Source: Nitrososphaeraceae archaeon
GTDB taxonomy: Archaea > Thermoproteota > Nitrososphaeria > Nitrososphaerales > Nitrososphaeraceae
Assembly: GCA_035250975.1 (NCBI GenBank)
Contig: DATFEP010000010.1
Location: forward strand, 1 to 43,602
Length of the DNA stretch: 43,602 nucleotides
Direction: 5' to 3'
Shown here one piece after another: positions 1-10,882 of this stretch. The notes beneath the pieces were generated by a model. The model had not been told where the DNA came from, did no database searches, and saw nothing but the letters and a program-made list of their open reading frames with translations. The translations under genes were made by a program, and so were the position numbers. The stretch's first letter is position 1; the number at the start of each line of letters is the position of its first letter.

Positions 1-1
1 A

Positions 2-787
2 CATCCCAATCTAACCTGTAGAATATGTAAGGACTGTACTGCTGGCAAAGAATATGATTGCCGTCAAAGACAAGTATGGGGTTTTCAAACTGGTCCTTTA
101 TGGGGAGGATTTGCTCAATATACATATTTACCAGAAGTCAACGTTATAAAAATCCCAGATAATCTTTCTTTTCAAGATGCAGCGGCTATTTCTATGGTTG
201 GAATGACAGCCTGGCACATGTTAGTTACTAGAGCTAATATTCAACCAGGGCAAACTGTTTTGATTATGGGAGGTGGAAGTGGTATGGGAATAGCAGGTAT
301 TCAAATTGCAAAGTTGTACAATTGTGATGTTATTGCAACAGCTGGTACGCAAGAAAAAATGGATAAATGTCTTGAATTAGGTGCGGATCATGTTGTAAAT
401 CATAGAGAGCCAGATTGGTACAAGAAAGTTAGAAGTTTAACAAATAATCAAGGTGTAGATATTATTTTTGAACATATAGGAAAATCTGTATTTGCACAAG
501 AGGTCAGTCTCTTAAATATGGGAGGTACCTTAGTATCTACTGGAGCCACAACTGGATATGATTCAAAATTAGACTTGAGATATCTCTTCTTTAAGGGACT
601 AAATCTTATTGGAGCTACCCAAGGAACACGTGCAGGATTAGAAAAGGTAATTAAATGGACAAGTAGAGGAAAAATAAAGGCAATAATAGATACAGTATAT
701 CCTTTTGAAAATATGGTAATGGGTCACATAAAAATGATGGAATCTCAATTGTTTGGAAAGCTGGTTACTACTCCGCAAAAATTATAA
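2..787 (+). CDS. Zn-binding alcohol dehydrogenase / MDR-family oxidoreductase (5' end outside window)
   Basis: Frame is open from base 2: HPNLTCRICKDCTAGKEYDC (structural Zn CxxCxxC-x7-C), then GGGSGMG Rossmann motif and C-terminal FGKLV typical of MDR/QOR proteins. The ORF-track start at 194 is internal. Confidence 0.9.
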   Translation, partial: HPNLTCRICKDCTAGKEYDCRQRQVWGFQTGPLWGGFAQYTYLPEVNVIKIPDNLSFQDAAAISMVGMTAWHMLVTRANIQPGQTVLIMGGGSGMGIAGIQIAKLYNCDVIATAGTQEKMDKCLELGADHVVNHREPDWYKKVRSLTNNQGVDIIFEHIGKSVFAQEVSLLNMGGTLVSTGATTGYDSKLDLRYLFFKGLNLIGATQGTRAGLEKVIKWTSRGKIKAIIDTVYPFENMVMGHIKMMESQLFGKLVTTPQKL

Positions 788-952
788 TTTAATGCATTTG
801 ATTTATTCTATTAAATAATCGTCTAACGATTGACTTTTTACATTTTATAATGGGTAACGTTCTTAATTAAGTTATTCCGGAATGTGTATATACTGAGAGT
901 AATTTTTTATCACTGATGTATCTTCTACAATTAACTGCTTTTCTTCCATTAT

Positions 953-2659
953 CTATTTAGATGAAATTGGTGTCCCAGTGCCAGGATCTAAGAAGAGAGG
1001 ACTGGCACGCTGTTGTCGCTGTTCTTTTCTGTCAAAGTCAAACATATTCAAAATTGAACCAGCTTTTTCATCATAGGAATTATTTCCTATACGTCCTAGA
1101 TTCCAGTTATCCTCTATAAATCGTAGAACAGAAGTCTGATCGGTAAGGGTATGATCTACAAAATTAACTTTTACCCATGGAGAGATAACTAACATAGGCA
1201 AACGTGGACCATAACCACACCGATCTTGAAAAGGTCCAATAGTTGTAGTCGCATTACCACATTGACCGATACCTGATATTCTATCAAATTGCAAATCTTT
1301 GGAGCTACCTACAATCGGTGGCATCACATGATCATACCATCCTCCAGAATCATCATATGCAATAATAATTGCAGTTTCATTCCATTGTGGCAGCTGCTGT
1401 AATCTGTTTATAGTATTCACAAGATAAATCTGTTCGTCTAATGGATTTGAATACCCTGCATGAGCATCTTGAAATGTAGGAGATTTAAGAAAATTTACGG
1501 CTGGCATATTTCCAGATTTTGCAGCAGCCCAGAAATAACTCATATTATATTGATGATTTGCTTGGTCTGTATGACCGACCATTGATATTGAAGTTGGAGG
1601 TAAATGATGAGGATTTGAAGTGCTATTATAAAATTGAAACGGCTCTACAGCAGGATAATAATGATATATCTGTGTATTGTTATTTCCTCTGAATATGTCA
1701 TATGCTTGTATGCCTGTAAAAGAACAATGCCATTGACCATCTGCAGTTTTAATAGATGGTATAAATCCTGCTGAGAACCATCCCCATGTTATATTTTTAA
1801 CATTTAAAAGATTTCCAATATTTTTTCCCTCCATAGCCATTAAAGAATAAGTTGAATTGGAACAATCATCAAATGCTGGATCTCTATTGGCTATAAGAGT
1901 ACCATTGATAATGCGAGTTCCATCATGAGTGTGAGTCTCATAGGGTGGCATAGGATTTACAATATAGGCACCGTGTGTGTTACCAGAAATGAGATTAATA
2001 TGACCTAATACAGATGGGCCATATGTAGTACCAAAGAAATTATCACTCATTGCAAAATGTTGAGCATAATTCCATAGTGCAGTCACCGTGTTACCATCAT
2101 AATATCCCATAACTAGTTGCTTATTTTCGGGGTCAGTACAAAAGTCTGGAACAGTAGGACCACCATACTCTACAAATTTATCAGCTCGTGCATGATATGC
2201 ACTTTGCTCAGCTGTATAATCATGATTCATTGAACAAGTTATTGCTGGAGATCTGTCCATACGAACAGGATCAGCAGAATTTGGATTTTGAAATAACAAA
2301 GTAGAATTTAGACCGTTAATGGTAGGAGTATCTGGAGTGGCTACAAATTTGCGTTCACCAGGAGGATTTTTAGCATTGGGATATGTTCCGAAATAATGGT
2401 CAAATGAAATATTCTCTTGGTAGAGAATCACAATATGTTTGATGGGAGTGGTAGTGATAGTATTACTAATATTATTCTCACCATCAAGCATTGAAAGAGC
2501 AAGATTAGTAGTAGTAGCTTCTGCAGTTGAAATAAGCCGATTATTATTACTACAACTAATTAAAATTGATAATATTATTGTTGTTGCTGATAATAAATAT
2601 AAAAATAAAAGATTGTTTCCATGGGGAAATAACATAGATTGGTATTCAGCAACTAGCAA
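953..2659 (-). CDS. Secreted phospholipase C / phosphoesterase (AcpA-like)
   Basis: PIKHIVILYQENISFDHYFGTYP, FAMSDNFF, YDDSGGWYDHV, GPRLPMLVISPW and DQTSVLRFIE motifs; N-terminal hydrophobic segment. Confidence 0.92.
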   Translation of the reverse strand: MLVAEYQSMLFPHGNNLLFLYLLSATTIILSILISCSNNNRLISTAEATTTNLALSMLDGENNISNTITTTPIKHIVILYQENISFDHYFGTYPNAKNPPGERKFVATPDTPTINGLNSTLLFQNPNSADPVRMDRSPAITCSMNHDYTAEQSAYHARADKFVEYGGPTVPDFCTDPENKQLVMGYYDGNTVTALWNYAQHFAMSDNFFGTTYGPSVLGHINLISGNTHGAYIVNPMPPYETHTHDGTRIINGTLIANRDPAFDDCSNSTYSLMAMEGKNIGNLLNVKNITWGWFSAGFIPSIKTADGQWHCSFTGIQAYDIFRGNNNTQIYHYYPAVEPFQFYNSTSNPHHLPPTSISMVGHTDQANHQYNMSYFWAAAKSGNMPAVNFLKSPTFQDAHAGYSNPLDEQIYLVNTINRLQQLPQWNETAIIIAYDDSGGWYDHVMPPIVGSSKDLQFDRISGIGQCGNATTTIGPFQDRCGYGPRLPMLVISPWVKVNFVDHTLTDQTSVLRFIEDNWNLGRIGNNSYDEKAGSILNMFDFDRKEQRQQRASPLFLDPGTGTPISSK

Positions 2660-2744
2660 TAACTATATAAGCATTTCTATTGACATGGTAGGTCCTGTTA
2701 ATTTAAGGATAATCGATTTCCTTTCACAAAAAATGGAATCTTAT

Positions 2745-2768
2745 TTGTTGTTGTTGTTGTTGTTGTTG
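2745..2768 (+). repeat. (TTG)n microsatellite, about 8 units
   Basis: ttgttgttgttgttgttgttgttg read directly, about 90 bp upstream of the phosphoesterase gene. Confidence 0.85.
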
Positions 2769-2965
2769 GAATGTTTGTATTATATGCATATACGAATATC
2801 TTTATCAATTATATGTATGTTCTAGATCACAATTTTATTTATTATTACATGAATAACAGTCATCAAAAGATTCAGTTCTAACCTTGAAATACTGCATTAC
2901 CCTATCAATTAGACTCTTCCTTAATGGTGAATGAAATCTAGTAAAGGAAGAAATTTCTGTAATCG

Positions 2966-3355
2966 TTGATTAAAAAATTATTGTTAGCGGCTAAAGCAGC
3001 CGATTTGGCAATTCTTAATGGAAGAAAAACGATAATTGAACAAGATGTGATTACTCTGCCCAGACTTTGTATTCCAGGTTTAACATGTTTTAGAAGTTTA
3101 CTTTTAGATAATGAAAAGATTTCTTCTGTAGTGCTTACACCAAGAGATGTAGAAATGTTAGAATCTATAGAAATTCAAAAGAACAAACATCTCAGTGAGA
3201 CTTCCAATTGAGATATTCTAGATAAAACAGTTTCATATCTTCAGTCTTCCGATCAGAATGTTCCTGTAGATAAAAATAGGTTAAAAGAAAAAATAAGTAT
3301 TTGGAATTCAGAATATAAGTTGTTGGGAAATTATTCAGATTTAAAATTACCCTAA
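2966..3355 (+). pseudogene. C-terminal remnant of a MoxR/RavA-like AAA+ ATPase
   Basis: LLLAAKAADLAILNGRKTIIEQDVITL resembles the MoxR lid region. No Walker motifs upstream; coding-like sequence continues past the stop at 3211. Confidence 0.5.
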
Positions 3356-3475
3356 TAACTATTATCTATATTATATGAAATAGACTCTAATTGGCAATAA
3401 AATTCAACATGATATTATAAAAAATTAATGATATTTAAAAATGGTTACATGATTTAAAAACGAAAATCCTTAATA

Positions 3476-3520
3476 TTATGTTACCGAATACTGTTATAAT
3501 GGAAATTGGAAGTCTTCAGA
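3476..3520 (+). repeat. Dispersed repeat B, copy 1 (ATTATGTTACCGAATNCTGTTATAATG)
   Basis: Matches 15191-15217 at 26 of 27 positions, with weaker similarity for about 15 bp more. Confidence 0.8.
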
Positions 3521-3728
3521 ACCCCTATGTATAATAAAGTCTTTATTAATTGCAACTGTAATTCCCAACGATCGATATAACCTCAATTACTAAATAAATT
3601 AGGACATTTTTTGTAATATTCTATCCAAAATTTTTCGACACCAAAGAATTTTCATGTAATATAGTTTAAGGGTTTAGTCTAGACTTAAAAGATCATATTT
3701 AAAAACCTTATAATAATATATAATAATA

Positions 3729-4172
3729 ATGGTAGCATTGGTAGATCACATAATTCTTACCGTAACAACAGGAGATGAAGATATAGATAGCAATGAGCGA
3801 GTATTTCTTGGCATTGGAGGTCGGGAATTTAGGTGTAAAAGACAAGATGATAATGCCGAAAATCCCTTTCATGAAAAAAATAAAAAACAAGAGTTAAGAT
3901 TTGGAAGCGATAGCAATGTTGAACATCCGAAATTAAATGACCCAAGAAGTGGACAACATATGTCTGCAGGCAGCCCGATCGAGAAAGTAAATAGGCACAA
4001 AATATATCTTCGCAGAGAATCAACTACAAATTCACGATGGACAATTACTACTGCACGTGTAGAGGTATTTGATGCCTCAGATGAATTTCTTACCCCTGTG
4101 CCAAATGGATCCGTGATAGACTATCCAGGAATAACATTAGGTAATGAGTCAGGTCATATTGTAATGTTCTGA
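3729..4172 (+). CDS. Hypothetical protein, possibly PLAT/LH2-like beta-sandwich
   Basis: 147-aa ORF; ILTVTTGDEDIDSNERVFLGIGGREF resembles the PLAT N-terminal pattern; followed by a T-rich tract. Confidence 0.65.
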   Translation: MVALVDHIILTVTTGDEDIDSNERVFLGIGGREFRCKRQDDNAENPFHEKNKKQELRFGSDSNVEHPKLNDPRSGQHMSAGSPIEKVNRHKIYLRRESTTNSRWTITTARVEVFDASDEFLTPVPNGSVIDYPGITLGNESGHIVMF

Positions 4173-4529
4173 AATTCAACCTTTTTATTTTTTATTTTAA
4201 TCCTTATCTATGTGAGTAAATACTCCATAAGAAATTTTAAGATGTTTAATTAACCTACAATTACTCTAACAATATTGCTGCTGTGATAATTTCACTTTGT
4301 ATTTGAACATCAATTACTATTCTTTTTACTATCATTATTTCTGAAAGTTGAAATATTACAAGATTAGATAAATGTTCCTTCTAACGATAGATATATTAAA
4401 ATTGTAAATGATAACGAAATGACCCGTGAGTCAATGCAATTTTCCTCGTAATAACGTGTTTTTCTAGATCTTTCTAGAAACAATTAACTAATTATGTAAA
4501 ACCGCTGAATTGTTCTTAGATAAACAATA

Positions 4530-5420
4530 TTGCCGCCACAATTTACAATTATAGATGCTCCTTCAGTTCTAGGATTACGACCGACGGGAGTAGAATATTT
4601 ACCTGAAGCACTGAAAGCAGCAGGCCTGATGGAGAGATTAAATGCTGAATATGCAGGACGGGTTTATCCTTTGCCTTATAATTCAGAGCTTGACAAAGCA
4701 ACGCTTCTACTAAATCCCAATTCCATCAAAACATTTTCACTACAACTTGCAGACCGAGTTTCTTCTGTTATTGGTAGCAGACGATACCCAATTGTACTGG
4801 GAGGTGACTGTAGCATTCTGATTGGAAATCTTGTAGCCCTCAGACGTTTGGGAAGGTATGGATTATTCTTTATAGACGGCCATGCCGATTTTTATCAACC
4901 AGAAGCTTCTTTAACTGGAGAGGTTGCCGATATGGATCTTGCAATTGTATCTGGGAGAGGTCCAGATGTTTTGACTAATATCGATAGTCTTAAACCACTT
5001 GTCTATGATCAAGACATAATTCTATTTGGATACCGCGACAGAGAACAAGCAGCAAGTTTTGGAAGTCAAGATGTTCGAACAACCGATATTCATTCATTTG
5101 ATCTTACATATGTGAAAGAACTAGGAATTACAACTGCTACGTTAGAGGCTGTTAAGAATATTTTGCAGGAAGAGTTAGAGGGAATTTGGATCCATCTCGA
5201 TGTTGATGTGTTGAATGATTCAATAATGCCAGCAGTCGACTTCCGTCTGAATGGTGGTTTAAGTTTCTCTGATCTATGTGAGCTTTTAAAGGTCATAGTT
5301 TCCTCATGTCAAACTGTTGGAATGGAGATTACTATATTCAATCCTACTTTTGATTCAGATGGCTCAATAGCCCTCAGACTTGTCTCTACTGTAGTTGAAG
5401 GTCTTTCATTCATAAAATAA
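4530..5420 (+). CDS. Arginase-family ureohydrolase
   Basis: LGGDCS, DGHADF and HLDVDVL Mn-binding motifs; EITIFNP near the C-terminus. Confidence 0.92.
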   Translation: MPPQFTIIDAPSVLGLRPTGVEYLPEALKAAGLMERLNAEYAGRVYPLPYNSELDKATLLLNPNSIKTFSLQLADRVSSVIGSRRYPIVLGGDCSILIGNLVALRRLGRYGLFFIDGHADFYQPEASLTGEVADMDLAIVSGRGPDVLTNIDSLKPLVYDQDIILFGYRDREQAASFGSQDVRTTDIHSFDLTYVKELGITTATLEAVKNILQEELEGIWIHLDVDVLNDSIMPAVDFRLNGGLSFSDLCELLKVIVSSCQTVGMEITIFNPTFDSDGSIALRLVSTVVEGLSFIK

Positions 5421-5509
5421 TCATATCTTATGGACATAAGCAATTGTAGATAAGAACGCAATATCTTAAAAGTAGATGAAAAGCAAACTGCCTTCTTATT
5501 TTTAGACAA

Positions 5510-5960
5510 TTATGGTTATAACAGCAATGATCCTTATCATAGAAAATAGATAAGATTGAAATATAGATTAAATTCTCATTAGATAACTTCTGAAAGGTAT
5601 CAAAACGATATTTTAAAGGTTCTAATCAAGTTCTCTGAGTTTGTAGAGTGCGATTTGATCGCATTCAGAAAAGAGAAGAAATATTGGCTTTTAATTCAAA
5701 GAAGAATAGAAAGGAAGATGACCATGATGAGAGATTGATCACTACATTGAATGATTATCTTTGGAGAATAAAATACTTCTGCAGATAGCTACACAGTTGG
5801 AAAAGAATGAAACAGGGAGAATCCTGTCTTTCTTGAGGTTTCTGACTGGGTAACTCCTCTTTTTGTTAAGATAAAGAAGATTAAAATAAACAGAATAAGT
5901 CCGTATCCCGAAAATGAGTTGTGGGAAAAGGATGAAACCCTTGCTATTGAAATATGAACT
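5510..5960 (+). pseudogene. Degraded N-terminal part of a Nitrososphaeraceae-type tyrosine integrase
   Basis: Broken frames read SERYQNDILKVLIKFSEFV, ITTLNDYLWRIKYFCR* and SDWVTPLFVKIKKIKINRISPYPENELWEKDE. I recall these from thaumarchaeal integrase N-termini; the catalytic R-H-R-Y region is absent, so the call rests on recall. Confidence 0.5.
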
Positions 5961-5985
5961 TTATACCAACAACAAAAAAAATTAA

Positions 5986-6366
5986 CTATGGTGGTGATTC
6001 AGATACTGAAAATTCCAAATCTTCTATTCCTTGCTCAAGTCCAAGCAAATCTCCATAAATTACATTCAGATTATTTAACACTGCAGTCATATTTCCAGAA
6101 TTTGTCATTTGGATTGTTGCATTGACATTTTCCTTGGTTTCTTGAATGAATTCGGACAATAAATCATCCACTTGTTGTTCATTAGGATTGATTATATTAC
6201 CAGTATCTTGAGAATATGAATACATCGGAGTAATTAATACTAACAGTACAAATATTAATATAACAAACGATGAACGATAAATTATGTTTTCAGGAAATTT
6301 TATCATGTTTTTGATCAATAAAGTATGATAAATAAATAATATATAATCTTTTAAATATCTATTCAT
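5986..6366 (-). CDS. Hypothetical secreted/membrane-anchored protein
   Basis: Hydrophobic signal-like segment ending YSYSQ, then an acidic helical domain; the true start is probably the internal Met (MIKFP). Confidence 0.6.
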   Translation of the reverse strand: MNRYLKDYILFIYHTLLIKNMIKFPENIIYRSSFVILIFVLLVLITPMYSYSQDTGNIINPNEQQVDDLLSEFIQETKENVNATIQMTNSGNMTAVLNNLNVIYGDLLGLEQGIEDLEFSVSESPP

Positions 6367-6473
6367 ATTAGTTCAAAAATAAAAAGATTATTATCTCACT
6401 GTATAATATGCAACTGACATTATCGTATGATATGAAACAAGATCATATAATTAAAATAGAGTTCTTAAGTTAA

Positions 6474-6920
6474 GAGTCTATCCCAAATAGTCTCCTTTAA
6501 AATTATTATGCTGTTTGCTAATTGTACAAGACCAACATAGTTCTCGTCCTTCTTCTCCTCATATCTTGTAAATAATTTTGTGATTATGTTATGCCATGAG
6601 TTTGTTCCTTCTGCTACCCATCTTCTTGCTGGATGTCACTTGCGGATTTTTTTTCTTCTTTCTCTGCGATATATGTGGTAGATATCATCTTTTGATAATT
6701 CTTGTTCTACTCCTTTGGAATGATATGCTTTGTCAAGACATAGATTATGTTTCTTCCTTTTCTTCTGTTTGTTTATATATTTTGTTGTAGATTTCAAATA
6801 TGACGCTTGGATAACCATGCTGTCAACTGTATCAATTGGCAGCGATAAAATCACGAGTAGATGCAGATGTTATGATGACAGACAGTGGAATGCCTTCTTT
6901 ATCGGTTAAAATATGTCTTG
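6474..6920 (-). mobile_element. IS5-family transposase remnant (3' half, frameshifted) with one terminal end
   Basis: Minus frames read RHILTDKEGIPLSVIITSAS, LCLDKAYHSK and HPARRWVAEGTNSWHN..LFTRYEEKKDENYVGLVQLA. It ends in GAGTCTATCCCAAA next to TTAA. Confidence 0.85.
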
Positions 6921-6990
6921 ATCATTTTGTTTAGTGATATATTTAATTTATTTCTAATCTCAATATAGATTAACAAAATTTATTAATATA

Positions 6991-7620
6991 CTATCTGTGG
7001 TCACTTTTAGGATAAGGATATTCCATGTGGCGAGCAGTAGCCTGTCCTACTTTAGTTCCAAAAAAATGACTTACTATACGGAGAGCTAAATCTATTCCAG
7101 CAGAAACACCTGCAGATGTAAATATGGGTTTGGTCAATGTAAATCGAACGTTTTTGAGAATATGTGCTTTCGGTGCAGATTCCTGTAGAAAATCAAAAGC
7201 TTGCCAATGAGTAGTTGCTTCTCGTCCATCTAACAAGCCTGCTTTTCCAAGAAGACAAGATCCGGTACAAACTGAGGCAATTAATCTATCTTTAGTAGTA
7301 CTAAATTGATTACTAATCCAATTTAAAAGAATTTTATTTTTTGATTCTTTACGCGTACCCCATCCACCAGGTATTATCAATAAATCCAATTCCGGGCATT
7401 CACTAATGGATACATCAGGAGTTAAACGTAGACCACCAATTGCTGTAATTTGTTTATTCGTTTCCGATATTAAATATACTTTAAATGGTGATGATCGCTT
7501 TAGTCGTTGCTCTTCATTTAAACGAGTGACAGCAAATACCTCAAAAGGTCCAGCAACATCTAAGATCTCTACATCATCAAAAATAAGGATTCCAACAATT
7601 AATGGAATTTTTTTATTCAA
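6991..7620 (-). CDS. DJ-1/PfpI (ThiJ-like) family protein
   Basis: FDDVEILDVAGPFEVF, LIIPGG, ASVCTG (nucleophile Cys), ATTHW and TSAGVSAGID motifs. Confidence 0.92.
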   Translation of the reverse strand: MNKKIPLIVGILIFDDVEILDVAGPFEVFAVTRLNEEQRLKRSSPFKVYLISETNKQITAIGGLRLTPDVSISECPELDLLIIPGGWGTRKESKNKILLNWISNQFSTTKDRLIASVCTGSCLLGKAGLLDGREATTHWQAFDFLQESAPKAHILKNVRFTLTKPIFTSAGVSAGIDLALRIVSHFFGTKVGQATARHMEYPYPKSDHR

Positions 7621-7725
7621 TGTAAAGTATATAACAGAATGTCTTTTTTTAAATTTTCTGTAGAACTTTAAAAAAATATCTAATGAATGTCCGATAAATG
7701 TATTACACAGATATTGAGATTATTG

Positions 7726-8014
7726 TTATATGTTCTCGATTATTTTAGTAGCTTCATCATAGCTCAAAGCTTTTAAAGTTATAGTACGTGCATTACCTTG
7801 ACTTTCAATAGATAATAGACAGGACATCAATGTTCCATCATTAGGAGATTCTACTATCGATACTCCATCATATTTACCAAATGTATAATATGTACCAATT
7901 AGTCTACCACCTACACTTTCTAACTTAGATCTAAAAGCATCAGCCCGCTTTGGAGATTCTTTTACATTTTTTATTCCCTGATCGGTATAATTCCAGAGAA
8001 TTATAGAAAGACAT
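7726..8014 (-). pseudogene. GYD-domain protein with a frameshift right after the start codon (absent from ORF track)
   Basis: ATG TCT TTC TAT, then a frame change to IILWNYTDQGIKNVKESPKRADAF...YYTFGKYDGVSIVESP...GNARTITLKALSYDEA. The length is 289 nt; adding 2 nt restores the frame. Confidence 0.8.
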
Positions 8015-8500
8015 TAAATGCAGATAAGAAACATAAAATATAACCTTATCGTTTTAGTGGATTCATTTTATTACTAGAACAATTTTAGTAAATAAATAAA
8101 AATAATTTTAATAATTAGAGCATAAACAAATTAGTAATATTCAGAGTTAAATCTTTTTACAAATATATCTTTTAAATTAAAATAAAAATGAATGTTATTA
8201 AGTATGAAAAATTGAACATCTGTTACAAAAATGTCAATAAATACTAAACATTGTAAAATTTATATAGCAAATTTACTGATGGTATGCATAATTAAATTTT
8301 TGACTAGATATTAATTTGTATGAAATTTGTATGAACCCCTCTGTTAATTGAATTCGATGGATATTATTTACAACTACAGTTCATAATTTTCTGTTGCTAG
8401 ATCTGCTTTCGTTATCAGAGAATTATTGAATAGTTCTTTTTTCACTGAATGATGTACGTATGTACGCTCTGTAGGCTCTAGAAGATGCGTAGCAATATTA

Positions 8501-9226
8501 TTATTTATTCATATTTGGTTCGACTATTAAATTATAAGTTATTACGCGATGTAATGGAACATCGCTCATAATTATGGATGGAACATCTTGGAATACCTCT
8601 GTTCTAATTTCATGTTCACCAGGAGGTAATGGTTTTACTATGGGCATTATAGCATCTATTTTTGCTTTATGCGATCCAAGTTTGATATCATAGGGATTAT
8701 CTTCCTGTGTAACATTTAAAATAAACCAATCTGATGTAATCCTGAATCTATCAATATCTGGTATTTCTTTTCCGTCGATGGTTACTTTTACGACTGCATA
8801 TGGGTTATGTGACTTAATACAATCTTCTATGATCTTATCATTTGGACTTTCAAATTCTCCATAACTACAGCCTTCAGTTAATGCAGGAATTACAATTGGA
8901 GTTTGAGAAATTTTACATTCATAATTACGATATTCTATTTCACTGTAAAAATCAGAAAGAAACGTCATATTTGCATCCTGTAATAATAGACACTCAGTAG
9001 GTTTGTAATCAGGAGAAGCAGGGGATTTGTCTGGTTCAAGATTAACATGTAATTGCCAAAATTTTGCTTCCCATTCTCCATATGTGTGACCATAAGGTAT
9101 AGAGTCTGGTCCAAATACGTAATCATCTATCGATTCGATTGCTGACACATTTGTAAATGAAAAAAATAAGACAGGAAGAATAATCAAAAGTAAAGATATG
9201 AATATTATGTCATCAAATATTTTCAT
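8501..9226 (-). CDS. Secreted hypothetical protein
   Basis: Signal peptide, PYGHTYGEWEAKFWQ, four Cys and KPLPPGEHEI; co-oriented with the membrane protein upstream. Confidence 0.8.
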   Translation of the reverse strand: MKIFDDIIFISLLLIILPVLFFSFTNVSAIESIDDYVFGPDSIPYGHTYGEWEAKFWQLHVNLEPDKSPASPDYKPTECLLLQDANMTFLSDFYSEIEYRNYECKISQTPIVIPALTEGCSYGEFESPNDKIIEDCIKSHNPYAVVKVTIDGKEIPDIDRFRITSDWFILNVTQEDNPYDIKLGSHKAKIDAIMPIVKPLPPGEHEIRTEVFQDVPSIIMSDVPLHRVITYNLIVEPNMNK

Positions 9227-9306
9227 GTATCATCTATATTTTATTTTTGATATTAAGTTTTTCTCTTTTTAGGGCAAAGTAAAAGTTTCAGTTAATACTA
9301 CAATCA

Positions 9307-10674
9307 TCATAGTTGTTTATTATCTGATAATTTATCTTCTAATTGTCTCCTAACAATTTCAAAGAGTTTTTCTATTTCTTCTTTTCTTAGTTCCCATCCT
9401 AGGTTTTCGGGTTTCTGTAGATTAAATTCTTTACTTTGTAAGACAGTAGGTATTATATTTTTGATATCTTGTTCTAATTGTGATTTTGCAATACTTCTAA
9501 AAAATTCGTATTGGTAAATTCTATTCGCAAAATTTCTAACTAAAGCCGTATCTCTACTAATATGAAGTGATGCAGAATAAAATCCTATAAAAAGTAAATA
9601 AATAGCCAATCCAATAAAGAGAATTGTAATAAGTCCAAAAGGAGGAAAGAGAAAACGAGGAAATAGAGTTTCTTGAGTAGATGTAAGAATAAGTAATAGT
9701 CCAAATGTGACTAATATCAAATAATTTTTAAATAGTTTATTTTCTATTTTTCTTATTAGTAACCATGATGTTATACTAACCATAGCAGCACCAATAAAGG
9801 TAGCAATGGTGGAAGGTATCGTATAAAGAGGTAAAAAGAGAGATGGATTTAATAGATATAAACTTGTCAAAAGTTTTAATGTAACCGGAAAAAAATCTAT
9901 TAAGAAAAATATGATAGGAATAGATAAAATAGCCCAAAATTTTAAGCGATTGTTTCTCCCAAAATAATCATATAATAGAAAAGCAGTTAAAACCCATAGA
10001 GAACAAAAAGTTATTAAAAACGATATTCTATAAAAGGGGTATATTTCAGATAGATTGATTGATACTGCATGGATCATTCTTTTTAAGTCTCCAGGTATTA
10101 TTGTTTCAGGGAAGTGCTGGAGTTCGGTAATAGTATACAAGAAAGATAGTGTAATTAAGACGGAAAAAGTTATAAATGATATAGCATAGACTAATAATAA
10201 TTTATCTTTAGTAGACTTGAACCATTTTAAGAATTTTTCTGTGCCCCAGACACTAAAATAAATAGCAGTAAAATGTGTGATAATTAGAAGCGAATAAATC
10301 AGATATATGTTATACCTTTCTAATAATAATATTTCAAATATGAGAATCATAATCAATATACTTACTGTGATTAGATACAAAACGATGAAACTTTGCAAAA
10401 CTTTTATTCTAGTTCCTAAAATACTATAATTCTTTGAAAATATATTTTTTGTTGTAAATATTAGCAAAAAATTAATCACAATAAAAATAGTTACAAAAAT
10501 TAGGAAAACGTCTATAAGATAGCTTTTATTTGCAGGTAGATGAAATGCTTCACTAAGATTCACAAAGGAAGAATCAAAATATACAAGTAAGGCTAACGTA
10601 ATAAAAATAAAAATATATTTTTGGGAAAGTAAATTAACAATATTACTTAATTTAGCAAACGGTGACCAAACCAA
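9307..10674 (-). CDS. Polytopic membrane protein (about 10 TM) with a soluble C-terminal tail
   Basis: 455 aa, repeated hydrophobic stretches and a charged helical C-terminus. Confidence 0.8.
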   Translation of the reverse strand: MVWSPFAKLSNIVNLLSQKYIFIFITLALLVYFDSSFVNLSEAFHLPANKSYLIDVFLIFVTIFIVINFLLIFTTKNIFSKNYSILGTRIKVLQSFIVLYLITVSILIMILIFEILLLERYNIYLIYSLLIITHFTAIYFSVWGTEKFLKWFKSTKDKLLLVYAISFITFSVLITLSFLYTITELQHFPETIIPGDLKRMIHAVSINLSEIYPFYRISFLITFCSLWVLTAFLLYDYFGRNNRLKFWAILSIPIIFFLIDFFPVTLKLLTSLYLLNPSLFLPLYTIPSTIATFIGAAMVSITSWLLIRKIENKLFKNYLILVTFGLLLILTSTQETLFPRFLFPPFGLITILFIGLAIYLLFIGFYSASLHISRDTALVRNFANRIYQYEFFRSIAKSQLEQDIKNIIPTVLQSKEFNLQKPENLGWELRKEEIEKLFEIVRRQLEDKLSDNKQL

Positions 10675-10882
10675 TATTTAATATAATTTAAAAGACTATA
10701 TGGATTTTACTCGTCTTGTATATTGATAGTGAGATGTTGTTATTACAAATAAAGTTCATTTGATATTTTCCCTTTCTTGTTCTCCTTATTTTTGTCTTTC
10801 TTTGGTCAATCTGCAGTTTTTATATTAATTTTTAGATTATTTTATTAATAACAATTAATAAACATGAATACTCATAACAAAT

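Noticed and set aside
2439-2825. Shadow ORFs (2439, 5090, 7406, 12135, 20350, 25600, 25640, 26482, 30471, 37331, 37468, 38398, 41053, 43244 and similar)
   Set aside because: They are antisense or alternate-frame overlaps of well-supported genes or repeats, with no motifs of their own.
4461-4480. TTTCTAGATCTTTCTAGAAA palindrome upstream of the arginase gene
   Set aside because: Single AT-rich occurrence with no cognate regulator nearby; it cannot be separated from chance.
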